Positions 51,308-61,039 are shown, numbered from the stretch's first letter. The stretch: DNA of 64,000 nucleotides from an uncultured Gammaproteobacteria bacterium (GCA_964408775.1 CAYPAP010000001.1:153524-217523), one strand, 5' to 3'. Notes: a model not told the origin generated them from the sequence alone. A program made the numbers and translations.

Positions 51308-53203
51308 TTAATCTTCATCTTCTAGGCTATCAGCAAATTCTTTTTTTGCTTCTTCAATTTCTAATAATTGCTTTGGATCTGAGGTTATTAATTGATCTTC
51401 GCTGTAAGAGGCCACAACTTTAATGGCCACATGCTTGTTTCCGGCAAAAAATATTCCCTCTCCTAAACCACACTCTAACAATAAATATTTTTCTCCCTCG
51501 GTTAATAGGAAAGTTTTTTGCACTAAATCAATAGCAGCTGGAGATTGTTTTAATAAAATTTGTAAAGAAGAATTGGTAACAATAGCCTGGCCATAAGGAG
51601 AGGTTAAAAAGTCATTAACATCCTGTGTAATAGTGACTACTCCCAAATAATATTTACGACATCTTTTTACTAAAGCAAATATAAATTTAGCACTATCTTC
51701 GTTTTGCATCATCCACCAGGCCTCATCAATAACTAAAATTCTTTTTTTAACCTCACTTCTAACAACATTCCAAATATAATTAACAATAGTATAAATAGCA
51801 ATTGGTCGAAGCTCATCTTCTAAATCACGCACTGAAAAACAAACTAATTGATTATTCATCTCAACGTTAGTAAGATTGTTCAACAACCCAGAAAAAGTTC
51901 CTTCAGTGTACTTTTTTAATCTAAGAGCTAATTCATTTCCACCTTCCATTCCCTCTAAAACCTGTTGGAAATCTGATAAGGTGGGCGGATCGATTTGAGA
52001 TAAATCTGAATCAGGAGTAATATCTTTTTTGGCGTAAGTCTCTAATAGAGCTCTGTCAACCACAGAATCTTCATCATGATTTAAGTCACCAATCATTAAA
52101 CGAACCAGACCCTTTAAAGTTATAACTGCACTTCTAATAATATCCTTGGGCTTGGCCTCTCCGCCAATAGAACGAGGCAAGTCAAATGGATTAAGCTTGC
52201 TTTCACTGGACAAGGAAATATTAATATATGTTCCTCCTACTGCTTCCGATAAATATTTATATTCATATTCGGGATCAATAATAATAACATCGGTACCCAT
52301 CATTAAGGAGCGCAAAACTTCTAGCTTAATACAGTAACTTTTACCGGCTCCCGAGGTTGCGAAAACTACCGAGTTGGCATTTTGTAAACTAAACCTATCA
52401 AATAAAATTAAGCTATTATTATGTCGATTAATTCCATATAAAATACCTTTGTCACTAGTCAGCTCACTGGAAATAAACGGAAAAGATGAGGCAATAGGAG
52501 ACGAGTTCATGTTAAAGGTTATATAAAGCTCGTCACTTCCTAGTGGTAAAGTAGAATTAAATCCCTGCTCAGTTTGATAAAAACCCCTCTTGGAATAAAC
52601 CAAGCGTGAGCCAAAAATATCCTCCACTTGATCAGAAAGACGATCTAGTTGCTCTAAGTTGTCGGCGTAAATAGTCACATAAAGAGAAAATTGAAAAAAC
52701 TTTTCAGTTCCCTGAGTTAAGGCATCTCTTAGATATTCAATATCGCGCAAGGCTGTTTCTCGAATAGGGTCACGAGGGGCACCTTTTTCTGAATCACTGA
52801 CAATTTGAGCTTCTAAATTACCTACCCTATTTTTTAATTGCTTTAAGATGATAGCGCTCTTAACGGGGTAAAAAAACATCGCCACATCAAAACATTCATT
52901 TAAGTTAATGATAGGGGCAAACCAGCCGACACTAATATAACGTGGATAACTGACAACAAAAATTGTTCGAACAAATTTTTGCCCTAAACTTAAATAAGTT
53001 GGATTAACCTTTAAACTAGCCGGAGATATTAAGTCTCGGACTGACAAAACTCCACGTCTAAAAGCTTTTTCTTCTTCAATTAGTTCCTGAGTTATCTCTA
53101 AGTCTTCCCTTCTAACTCCAATACGACTAAGCTCTTCATCTAAAAGACCCTTCTTTTTTTTCTTTGATTCACCCAAGCTTTCTTGTTTTTTTAAATCTAT
53201 CAT
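51308..53203 (-). CDS. VirB4/TrbE-family type IV secretion ATPase
   Basis: Walker A FATSGAGKSY, IIIDPEYEY, Walker B RILVIDEAWWMM, plus an N-terminal VirB4-type domain (FVVSYPRYISVGW). Confidence 0.85.
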   Translation of the reverse strand: MIDLKKQESLGESKKKKKGLLDEELSRIGVRREDLEITQELIEEEKAFRRGVLSVRDLISPASLKVNPTYLSLGQKFVRTIFVVSYPRYISVGWFAPIINLNECFDVAMFFYPVKSAIILKQLKNRVGNLEAQIVSDSEKGAPRDPIRETALRDIEYLRDALTQGTEKFFQFSLYVTIYADNLEQLDRLSDQVEDIFGSRLVYSKRGFYQTEQGFNSTLPLGSDELYITFNMNSSPIASSFPFISSELTSDKGILYGINRHNNSLILFDRFSLQNANSVVFATSGAGKSYCIKLEVLRSLMMGTDVIIIDPEYEYKYLSEAVGGTYINISLSSESKLNPFDLPRSIGGEAKPKDIIRSAVITLKGLVRLMIGDLNHDEDSVVDRALLETYAKKDITPDSDLSQIDPPTLSDFQQVLEGMEGGNELALRLKKYTEGTFSGLLNNLTNVEMNNQLVCFSVRDLEDELRPIAIYTIVNYIWNVVRSEVKKRILVIDEAWWMMQNEDSAKFIFALVKRCRKYYLGVVTITQDVNDFLTSPYGQAIVTNSSLQILLKQSPAAIDLVQKTFLLTEGEKYLLLECGLGEGIFFAGNKHVAIKVVASYSEDQLITSDPKQLLEIEEAKKEFADSLEDED

Positions 53204-53241
53204 ATTTTAATTTTACTTTTTTACTTAACAATTATCTAAGC

Positions 53242-53922
53242 TTATGTTTCGACCTGAATTTTATTAATATCTACTAATTTTTGATTTTTAGATGTTTCTG
53301 GGTTATAAGAGTTATAATACAATTCTATTAACTCCTGTGTTTTCATCTGCTTAACATCAACCCCCAAAGACATTAGGGCCGAAGAAACACTATCAACTCT
53401 TCGAGATAAATTCTCTTTATATTTGGCAAATTTAGCTTCTTTCAGGCGCAAAATAGACGCTGGCTTAAAGGTTTCTGAAAACTGAGACATAAAACTTTTA
53501 TGCTTATCGGAAAAAGGGCTATAAGGAACTACCACAAAAAACTTTTTATTCATAATTTTACCAATAGAAACTAATTCCTTAATATATTCTATATATTCAG
53601 CTGTCTGAGCCTTGAGCAACCTATTAGTCTGAGATCTTTCCTTCCCTTTTAAATATTCAATATAATTATCAACGTTTAAATCACGAGATTGGATAACAAT
53701 TTGAATCGGAGTGCTAATATTATTCAAAAAACTAATATAAGAAGATATAATCGCATTTTGCTCATCTTCACTTTTTAAGGCAAAATTAATACTAGAAACC
53801 AACAAAACTGCTCGTATGGTTCCGTCTCGCATAACTACGACATCATCTTTTATTTCTAAAATGTCTAGATATTGCTGAGTGGACACGCTAGAAATTTTTT
53901 TACCTTTCTTTTTTTCAGCCAT
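53242..53922 (-). CDS. Hypothetical T4SS-associated protein (226 aa)
   Basis: No TM. The layout YLDILEIKDDVVVMRDGTIRAVLLVSSINFALKSEDEQ loosely parallels the N-terminal domain pattern of VirB4 proteins. Assignment is tentative. Confidence 0.4.
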   Translation of the reverse strand: MAEKKKGKKISSVSTQQYLDILEIKDDVVVMRDGTIRAVLLVSSINFALKSEDEQNAIISSYISFLNNISTPIQIVIQSRDLNVDNYIEYLKGKERSQTNRLLKAQTAEYIEYIKELVSIGKIMNKKFFVVVPYSPFSDKHKSFMSQFSETFKPASILRLKEAKFAKYKENLSRRVDSVSSALMSLGVDVKQMKTQELIELYYNSYNPETSKNQKLVDINKIQVET

Positions 53923-53943
53923 TATATTTTAAATTATATTTAA

Positions 53944-54390
53944 TTAATTATCTTCTAAATTAATTTCCGAACTATCTTCCCCCTTATATCTACCCTTGGT
54001 ATCAATAATAAGGGACAACTTGGTTAACTTTTCTTTAGAGAAGTATTTATCAGGTGTTATAACCTTTTCATATTCAACCTGTTTATCTTCTTTGTTTTCG
54101 AAACTAGTAATTTTATGATTCCATATTCTTAAACCAGGTTTTTTGAGGGACTGAATTAAGTTTAGCACAAAATAGTGGAAAGGGCGACCATTTATCTTTA
54201 AAAAAGCAAAAATACCGGCAAATGCAAAAACTAAAATACTTAAAATAACAAAGGTACTAAAATCAAAAACTTTATAAAAAATAAAAATAACCAAAGATGT
54301 GGCTAAAAATATCAAAAACTGCCTGGCCGTAATTGGGCCAATGATTTTAGGTTCCACATCGATAAATTGAGGTACAGTAAACTGTTGCAT
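53944..54390 (-). CDS. PrgI/VirB3-like two-TM T4SS protein
   Basis: MQQFTVPQFIDVEPKIIGPITARQFLIF followed by two TM helices; position immediately upstream of the VirB4 region. Confidence 0.55.
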   Translation of the reverse strand: MQQFTVPQFIDVEPKIIGPITARQFLIFLATSLVIFIFYKVFDFSTFVILSILVFAFAGIFAFLKINGRPFHYFVLNLIQSLKKPGLRIWNHKITSFENKEDKQVEYEKVITPDKYFSKEKLTKLSLIIDTKGRYKGEDSSEINLEDN

Positions 54391-54402
54391 AATTAACTTT
54401 AA

Positions 54403-55836
54403 TTATAAAACTAAAGACTTATTAAACCTTATCAGAGCATTAATCTCCTCGCGACTTAAATATTCTTTCTTGGAATTTTTTAAATTTTCAATAACTTTAT
54501 CGACACTAATACCCTCTTCACTGGATTTGGAAAATATTTTTAAATATATCTTGTAAACCGGGCTCTGTCGCCAAGCCTTAATACCCTCTAACATCTTGCC
54601 ATAGTCAATCTCCTCTAAAATCTCTAATTTTTGTCTAATTTTCTCAAATGATTCTTCTGGATTATTAGACAATCGACGGAAGTTTACTAGATCCATATAC
54701 TTGATTTCATCAATAGGTCCAGTCGTTTTAATTCTCCTGACATCAGCCATTTTTATCTTACCACTGCTATCAGGCTTGATATCCACCTTGCCAGCCATAG
54801 ACCTTGTTTTTATGGGGACATCTATCAGACCAGACAAAAGATCATCTTCTTTGTCTTCTTTGTCGGACTTTATTTCCTTAGGCGCTTCCTCTTCTTTTTT
54901 GCTTTCGGTAACAGCAACTTTGCTCTCGGCTTTTTGTGAGAAACTTTCTATCTTTTCAAGGTCGTTTTTAATTCCTTCAAGCTTACCTTTAACTTTTTCT
55001 GGTATGTCTTCTACAACCATTGGAAAGTCTGACTCTGGAATAATCGCCGGAACTAAAGGAGCTAAAAGCTCGGGTTCTTTTTTCTTAGCAACAACCTTAG
55101 AATCCATTGAATCTGAAATATTTCCATGTCCCAACTTATTAATTTTAGACAAAATATCGCCTTCAACCCTTAAATCTTTCTTGGCTTTTTCATACTCTCT
55201 TTTTTCTGATTCTTGGGCCATTATAAAAATACTATCTACAGTTTTATCCGTTAAACCAAATCCTCCCTCGGATAAATTAGCAGTAAAGATTTGTCGAGCC
55301 GAAAAACGATCTTTAATTCCACGCAAATATTTATCTAATAATACCAAAAATTTAATCTTTTTGTCCTCGTCTTTAAATCTAATGCCCAGGGAGCGAATAA
55401 TTTCTGCGGCCACTGAATTGGTTTTATTCTTAGCAACCGGAAATTCTTCTTTTCTCTCACTAATAGATTTGGAGCTCTCAATATCTTTTTTTTCTGTTTC
55501 CATAACACTTTCCAGGTTGGCTGGAATATCTGGTTTTTTAGTAGGCGTAACCAATGGTAATATTCCTAGATAATCTCCAGCTCTAGAAAATATTTTATTC
55601 TCCAAGGTCTTGGCCAATTTTTCTGATTTTTCTTGTCCTAGTTTAAATTCAGTAAAAAGAGTTAAGGGCAACATCTCAACACTGACATCTTTAACCATAA
55701 CCCGCATAATCAAAGAAGCTAGTTCAATATTATATTCGCCCTCTAAGTCTTCAATAATTTTAAGAGCCTCCGGATCAGAGACCGAAGCTTTTAAGTCAGA
55801 ACTTAGGGCATTAAATTTATCTAAATAATCAAACAT
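54403..55836 (-). CDS. Hypothetical soluble Lys/Glu-rich protein (477 aa)
   Basis: No TM; a helical N-terminal module shared in pattern with the 382-aa neighbour; C-terminal W.QSPVYKIYLKI...LSREEINALIRFNKSL. Confidence 0.5.
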   Translation of the reverse strand: MFDYLDKFNALSSDLKASVSDPEALKIIEDLEGEYNIELASLIMRVMVKDVSVEMLPLTLFTEFKLGQEKSEKLAKTLENKIFSRAGDYLGILPLVTPTKKPDIPANLESVMETEKKDIESSKSISERKEEFPVAKNKTNSVAAEIIRSLGIRFKDEDKKIKFLVLLDKYLRGIKDRFSARQIFTANLSEGGFGLTDKTVDSIFIMAQESEKREYEKAKKDLRVEGDILSKINKLGHGNISDSMDSKVVAKKKEPELLAPLVPAIIPESDFPMVVEDIPEKVKGKLEGIKNDLEKIESFSQKAESKVAVTESKKEEEAPKEIKSDKEDKEDDLLSGLIDVPIKTRSMAGKVDIKPDSSGKIKMADVRRIKTTGPIDEIKYMDLVNFRRLSNNPEESFEKIRQKLEILEEIDYGKMLEGIKAWRQSPVYKIYLKIFSKSSEEGISVDKVIENLKNSKKEYLSREEINALIRFNKSLVL

Positions 55837-55842
55837 ATAAAA

Positions 55843-56991
55843 TTATTTTTTTCTTTTTTTTATTTCACTTTCAATTGCTTTTCTTTCTAAAGATTTGTTA
55901 GGATATTTTTTAAGCATTTCTTGCAAGACACTTAACTCCTGATCGGCTAAATTCATCGGAACAATAGTTTCTGGTTTTTCCACCTTTTTAGTTTTTTCTG
56001 TTTTTTCTTTTTCGATAGAAGGGCTCATCTCGGCTTTTCGACTTACCTCTTTTTTGTCTACTGAGATTTTTTTTATTTTTTTTTCAATAAACTCCGAATC
56101 TCTATCAACAGGGATTATTTCCCAATTCTCAAAAGGGGTGTTGCTCATAGAATCAGGAAAAAAGGACAGACTTCTGTAGGTTTTTAATACTTTTCGTAAT
56201 ATTTTTATCTCCTTATCTTTTAAAGCTTCTTTTATTGCTGATGATGTTAAATATTTAGCCAAAACTATATTGCTAAAACCTTCACTACCATGCTCGGAAA
56301 TAAAATGTTTTATCCAATTGGCAATAGTTGGTTCCTGCTCCTTGCCAGATAAAATAATTTTTTTACTTCCCAATTTTTCCTGGTTATTCATGAAGGCTTT
56401 AATAAATTTATTCAAAGAATCTTTTTTATTGATTAACAAGTAAATTAAAGAGCCGTTTATCTTTCTAGGGCCAGAAATATCACTATCTTTATAAACGTTC
56501 ATTAAATCTTTTTCCAGCATGTGCGAAATTAAAGCTTCCTCTTCTTTCGGAGAAAAATTTTTGTCTAAATCTTCTAAAACTTCGTTTAAATTATCTAAGT
56601 TTTTATCCTCCACTAGATCATTAAATTTTTCAATGTATTCTTTATAGTCATCAATTTTTCCTTTATATTTCTTTATGGCAGAAGAAATATCTTTTTTAAT
56701 AAATAGCTCTACTGGAAAAAACAATTTACCCAAGAAATCAGAAGAAAAATTATTAATTTTATCTTCGGTAATATTTTTGATATTATCAGAAATTAATTTA
56801 GGTAATAAATCGGCTTGAAAATCGGAAATGAAAAAATCGTAGATTACTTCATCTAAATCATCTCTAATAATATCGTAGGTAGAAATTAAATCTCGGCAAG
56901 CGTCGGCACTAGGGCGAGAAGAGAAATAAAGGCTAACCTCTTTTGGAAGTTCTTCTATTTTTTTTAGAAATTGTGATATTTTGTCGTCCAT
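55843..56991 (-). CDS. Hypothetical soluble protein (382 aa)
   Basis: No TM and no recognisable family. Tightly packed in the operon (6- and 12-bp gaps). Confidence 0.5.
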   Translation of the reverse strand: MDDKISQFLKKIEELPKEVSLYFSSRPSADACRDLISTYDIIRDDLDEVIYDFFISDFQADLLPKLISDNIKNITEDKINNFSSDFLGKLFFPVELFIKKDISSAIKKYKGKIDDYKEYIEKFNDLVEDKNLDNLNEVLEDLDKNFSPKEEEALISHMLEKDLMNVYKDSDISGPRKINGSLIYLLINKKDSLNKFIKAFMNNQEKLGSKKIILSGKEQEPTIANWIKHFISEHGSEGFSNIVLAKYLTSSAIKEALKDKEIKILRKVLKTYRSLSFFPDSMSNTPFENWEIIPVDRDSEFIEKKIKKISVDKKEVSRKAEMSPSIEKEKTEKTKKVEKPETIVPMNLADQELSVLQEMLKKYPNKSLERKAIESEIKKRKK

Positions 56992-57003
56992 GTAAATATT
57001 TTA

Positions 57004-59817
57004 TTAAGAATTAACTTTTTCCCAAATTTTCTTAAGAACACCTCTTTGTTGTGGAGATTCGTCAAATTGACATTTATCTGTTATTTTATTCATTTTTTTA
57101 CGAAAATCGTCCAAATTTGTAGCGGTCTTGAGCTCGACTAATTTACCATGTCTAGAAAGAGCTTCCTTTAGGCTTTCAAGTCCTCCAATTGAATTAGATA
57201 AATCTTGAAATTGAAAAAACTTAGCTTTTTTAAAATACTTTTCTAAATCTGCATCTTTAATCGGCTTAGTTGATTTGTTCATGATAGATAATTTATTATC
57301 AGCTTTAAAGGTTCCGGCTCTTTCTAGGGATAACTCGATTTCATCTTGTCTTTCGTTAGTTTGCCTATCATACATACTAACAAAGTTGCTATCGGTCATG
57401 TCTTCGGCTAAGTTAGGCATAATCAAATCAAGCGAATCCTGCCCATCAATACTACTAATAGATATTTTTTGATCAATAATATTACGGGCAATTTTATCCT
57501 TTGTTTTCTCATGTTTTAATTTTACTTCATCACTTCTATTGTCAGACCCACTCTTAGGAGCGGCAGTAGAATGTAAGTCAGTAAATAATCTAGACAATTG
57601 TTGGTAATTACTAGCTAAAGAAGCGTCTAGTTGATCTAAAACCCGACCATCATAGCCATAGGAATCTACAATTTTATCTTTTTCAACTCTGGCCTCCTCT
57701 TGACTTAGTTCCTTTCTTTCTAGCAGAAGCATGGTGGCCGCTGTTCTAGAATGGTTACTTTTAGAATAATCATCTTTAACAGCCCTCAACTCCTCTTCTT
57801 TTAATCCTTTTAACTTATCTTTTTCTTTTGATATTTGAGAGCTATTGTAATTTGAAGCTAAATCTAAAGAATCAGAGCCAGCATTAATTAGTCTATTTCT
57901 TACAGCTGTGCCAGCTATACCGCCATAGGCAGCTCCGGCTACTCCGCCCAATGCCCCCAAAGGTCCACCTAAAAATGAGCCAAAGGCCCCTCCGGCGACA
58001 ACTGCACCCCATTTGCTAATATTTTCGACTTTCTTCCTGCTGTCAGATAGATCTTTGTGGCCCGACTCTATATCCTTAGTCTTAGCTTCGATATCTTGAA
58101 CATTTGAGTCAATCTCAGCTTTTTTGATTGTTATATCATTGTCTTTATCAACTCTAGCTTGAGGCAAGTTTGTACTTACATCATTTAATGAATTTAAATT
58201 TTGCCCAGTAACACTATTAAAGTCATTCAAAATTTCGTTCTCTTTTTCTTGTATTCTTTGATTGTAGTCGCTCTCCATATCTGTTTTTTCTGTTCTTAGT
58301 CTGCCAGATAAAGCGAAATCACCCGCATTTTGAGCATTTGTTATCTGTTGGTCAAAATCACGTGACTTAACTCCTTTTTCATTTTCTAAATCTGAAATCA
58401 TTCTTAGATCACCCTCGATTCTAACTAACTTATCTTTGTCTTTCTCTAATTTACCTAAGTCGGAACTTAATTGTGATCCCTGGTCTTTTAGAACTCCCTT
58501 TTCTTGCTCGGCGCTCTTAACACTTTCTTCTCTTTCCTTTATTTTTTTATCGGAAACCCCAGCCATAGCTCTAAATGGCTTGGATATAAAATTACCTATA
58601 GCTTGCGCCGGCTTAGCGATAACTGCCTCCTTTACTCGTCCTTCAGCTTTTAATAAAGCTCCGGCATCTCTTTGGGCCAAATCTTGGCGCTTGGATTCTT
58701 TTTGTTGTTTATATGACTTATAAGCATTCTCTGCTCTCTGAATACCGGTAGCCCTCTTACTCATCTTTAGAGCTCCGGTACCCATGGCTTGTAATTTGCC
58801 CATTCCCTTGCCAGCGACCTTGCCAGCAACTCCACCCATCTCTTGGGCTATCATCATTCCACCTAAAAGCATGCCAATGGAAATGATATATTTAATAATA
58901 TTCTCAGGGGTCCCAGCCTCACTTCCTGCCACCTTTACTTCCTCTTCGCTCTCCTCCGGAGTCATTTCTTTTATGGACTCGGCACTATTACCAGAACCCA
59001 TAGAAGCAAACGACAACCAAATAAAGAAGGCTAAAACTGGACCAATAATTAAATTTTTAGAGAAATCTGACCACCATCTCTGAGAATATTGTTGACCCTG
59101 AGGAAAAGAGGCTAATAAATAGGCTAAAGGAGATAAAACCACATAGATCCAAATCATTACTATCCTCATTACTAGCATAACCAACATTGTCAAAATAACT
59201 ACACAGGCAATAACCACAAAGATAAGCGCCAATATAACAGACCCGATAATTGATTCAAAGGTTTGTTGCGCTGTTCTATCATCGCTGTCCCCGAAGCTCA
59301 ATATGTCAGTTATGCCCAACATTTCTGTTAAGTTTGCTCCGGCCATGTCTTTAAAGGCGTTGACAAAGGTAAGCATGATAACCTGAGTGAAATCGATAAA
59401 GACACCACAAATTAATTTAGAGAAGTTTATAAGAACAGCCATTATCACTAATTTTGGTAACCATGTTTTTAGATTGTAACTTTCTATTCTTAGAATAGAA
59501 GCAAAGGCAATAACAAGAAGAATCAAAACAAAAAACATGTTGCACAAGTCTCTCACCACCACCCAGCCGTTTGTTACTGCCGGAGAATGAATGAAATTGC
59601 TATAGGAGGCTACTTTCACTAAAATGTTTAAGAAAACGACGGTCAACTTACCAAAGAGAGCAATGAAGGGAAATATTATCCAACCCAGAACCTTAGCTAC
59701 TCCATTTCTAACATCGGCATGGCTAGCTTCTGGAATTAAAAGGAAAATCATTACCAAAAAAAAGACCGGCAAAGCTATTGCTAAAATCTTTTTCTTGTTT
59801 TTTAATATTTTTTTCAT
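57004..59817 (-). CDS. VirB6/TrbL-like polytopic membrane protein with a ~600-aa C-terminal extension
   Basis: Signal-like N-terminus, ~8 hydrophobic helices in the first ~330 aa (e.g. LINFSKLICGVFIDFTQVIMLTFV), then a coiled-coil-type charged region and a Gly-zipper segment GAVVAGGAFGSFLGGPLGALGGVAGAAYGG. Confidence 0.55.
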   Translation of the reverse strand: MKKILKNKKKILAIALPVFFLVMIFLLIPEASHADVRNGVAKVLGWIIFPFIALFGKLTVVFLNILVKVASYSNFIHSPAVTNGWVVVRDLCNMFFVLILLVIAFASILRIESYNLKTWLPKLVIMAVLINFSKLICGVFIDFTQVIMLTFVNAFKDMAGANLTEMLGITDILSFGDSDDRTAQQTFESIIGSVILALIFVVIACVVILTMLVMLVMRIVMIWIYVVLSPLAYLLASFPQGQQYSQRWWSDFSKNLIIGPVLAFFIWLSFASMGSGNSAESIKEMTPEESEEEVKVAGSEAGTPENIIKYIISIGMLLGGMMIAQEMGGVAGKVAGKGMGKLQAMGTGALKMSKRATGIQRAENAYKSYKQQKESKRQDLAQRDAGALLKAEGRVKEAVIAKPAQAIGNFISKPFRAMAGVSDKKIKEREESVKSAEQEKGVLKDQGSQLSSDLGKLEKDKDKLVRIEGDLRMISDLENEKGVKSRDFDQQITNAQNAGDFALSGRLRTEKTDMESDYNQRIQEKENEILNDFNSVTGQNLNSLNDVSTNLPQARVDKDNDITIKKAEIDSNVQDIEAKTKDIESGHKDLSDSRKKVENISKWGAVVAGGAFGSFLGGPLGALGGVAGAAYGGIAGTAVRNRLINAGSDSLDLASNYNSSQISKEKDKLKGLKEEELRAVKDDYSKSNHSRTAATMLLLERKELSQEEARVEKDKIVDSYGYDGRVLDQLDASLASNYQQLSRLFTDLHSTAAPKSGSDNRSDEVKLKHEKTKDKIARNIIDQKISISSIDGQDSLDLIMPNLAEDMTDSNFVSMYDRQTNERQDEIELSLERAGTFKADNKLSIMNKSTKPIKDADLEKYFKKAKFFQFQDLSNSIGGLESLKEALSRHGKLVELKTATNLDDFRKKMNKITDKCQFDESPQQRGVLKKIWEKVNS

Positions 59818-59831
59818 TTTTATTTAAAAAT

Positions 59832-60893
59832 TTAATCGCCTAGACCAAGCCACCCCTTGGTAGCCTCCCAAGCACCCTCGGCTATACTATATAAAAACTC
59901 CCAAACAACGCTCCAAGGATTAAGTATAAAATAAATAACGGCTACTAATATTATAATGACAAATAAATGAAACAGGCAAAAACATCCTGCTGCTGGTTTC
60001 TCGGCTATGCCAATTTTATCTCCCATTCTCTCAGCTTGTTCTGGATATTTTTTTTTAATATCTGCTGGGACCCACTCATGCCCCAACTTAGAAAAATAGC
60101 TAGGGAAAACACCTCTAAGAAAAACATGTAAATATACATAAAAGGCTGACAGAGTAAAAGTTGCAAAAATCAATAAAATCATCTTTTTAAGCATCTCGTC
60201 AGTAGCTAGTTTTATTTTTGACGCCTTGCTCTCTCCGCTCTGATTAATCTTAACTTTTGCTTCAGCTTTATTTTTATCGTTTTGCTTAGCTAGCCTCAAA
60301 TTAGCCTCCTTGCCTTCGTCGCTAAATGCAGAACCATTATCACTCTGCGAATCACTTTGATCGACCTTACTATCTCCTTCGCGAATCTCTCTGACCCCCT
60401 CTCTTAATATCATGTTCTTATTAGCCTGAAGAGAAGCCATTTGTCGGACTAAGGTCTGTGGTCTTTTTTTTATATTTAAAAAACTTTTTTCTTTATTAGC
60501 TTGAATCTTTTTTTTCCTTCTTTCCATTTCTGATGATTGGATATATTGCTTGCGACCCTCACCGAATTTATCTGGAGCTACCCTATTAACGCCACCTCCG
60601 GCGGGGACATCTTGCAAAGCACTTCCCTTATCACTTTCGATAGAGTCAGTTAAGTCTCTTTTTTTATCATAAAAATATTTTCTATCAACCTCTCCGCCTG
60701 ACCTACTCCCCTTAAGATAATCTTTCAGGCTTTCATCTGGTTTAGCAAAATTACTTTGGGTTTCCTCTTTAAGCCGAAGAGCTTCTTTTTTAGCACGAGT
60801 CAAAATGCTCTCGGAAATTTTGTCTTTAGTCGCTTCGTCTGGACCAGAAAGATCAGCTGAACCTTCGTTAATAGTCAATTTTTCTTCGGGCAT
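59832..60893 (-). CDS. Hypothetical protein: disordered charged N-terminus plus two C-terminal TM helices (first gene of the operon)
   Basis: About 230 aa of Lys/Glu/Ser-rich sequence, then MILLIFATFTLSAFYVYLHVFL and CFCLFHLFVIIILVAVIYFIL. Confidence 0.5.
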   Translation of the reverse strand: MPEEKLTINEGSADLSGPDEATKDKISESILTRAKKEALRLKEETQSNFAKPDESLKDYLKGSRSGGEVDRKYFYDKKRDLTDSIESDKGSALQDVPAGGGVNRVAPDKFGEGRKQYIQSSEMERRKKKIQANKEKSFLNIKKRPQTLVRQMASLQANKNMILREGVREIREGDSKVDQSDSQSDNGSAFSDEGKEANLRLAKQNDKNKAEAKVKINQSGESKASKIKLATDEMLKKMILLIFATFTLSAFYVYLHVFLRGVFPSYFSKLGHEWVPADIKKKYPEQAERMGDKIGIAEKPAAGCFCLFHLFVIIILVAVIYFILNPWSVVWEFLYSIAEGAWEATKGWLGLGD

Positions 60894-60949
60894 AGGAATT
60901 AATAAAATAATAAAATAATAACGGAAAAATAAACCCTCTACTATTTAAT

Positions 60950-60978
60950 ATTATACAATAAAAAAAATATTTTGCCAA
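60950..60978 (-). promoter_or_regulatory. Sigma70-like promoter of the T4SS-like operon
   Basis: Minus strand TTGGCA-17 nt-TATAAT, ~55 nt upstream of the first ATG. Confidence 0.5.
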
Positions 60979-60993
60979 ATAATTTTAATAGCC

Positions 60994-61022
60994 AAAACCC
61001 ATCATTTTTTGATGGGTTTTTT
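60994..61022. terminator. Bidirectional intrinsic terminator after the dCMP deaminase gene
   Basis: aaaaCCCATCA-ttttt-TGATGGGtttttt. Confidence 0.7.
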
Positions 61023-61039
61023 ACTTATATTATCAATTT

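Noticed and set aside
54701-55573. 290-aa plus-strand ORF antisense to the 477-aa hypothetical gene
   Set aside because: Its Ser/Leu/Ile-rich low-complexity translation is the mirror of a Lys/Glu-rich sense frame. It has no promoter or SD context, and the sense gene fits the tight operon spacing.
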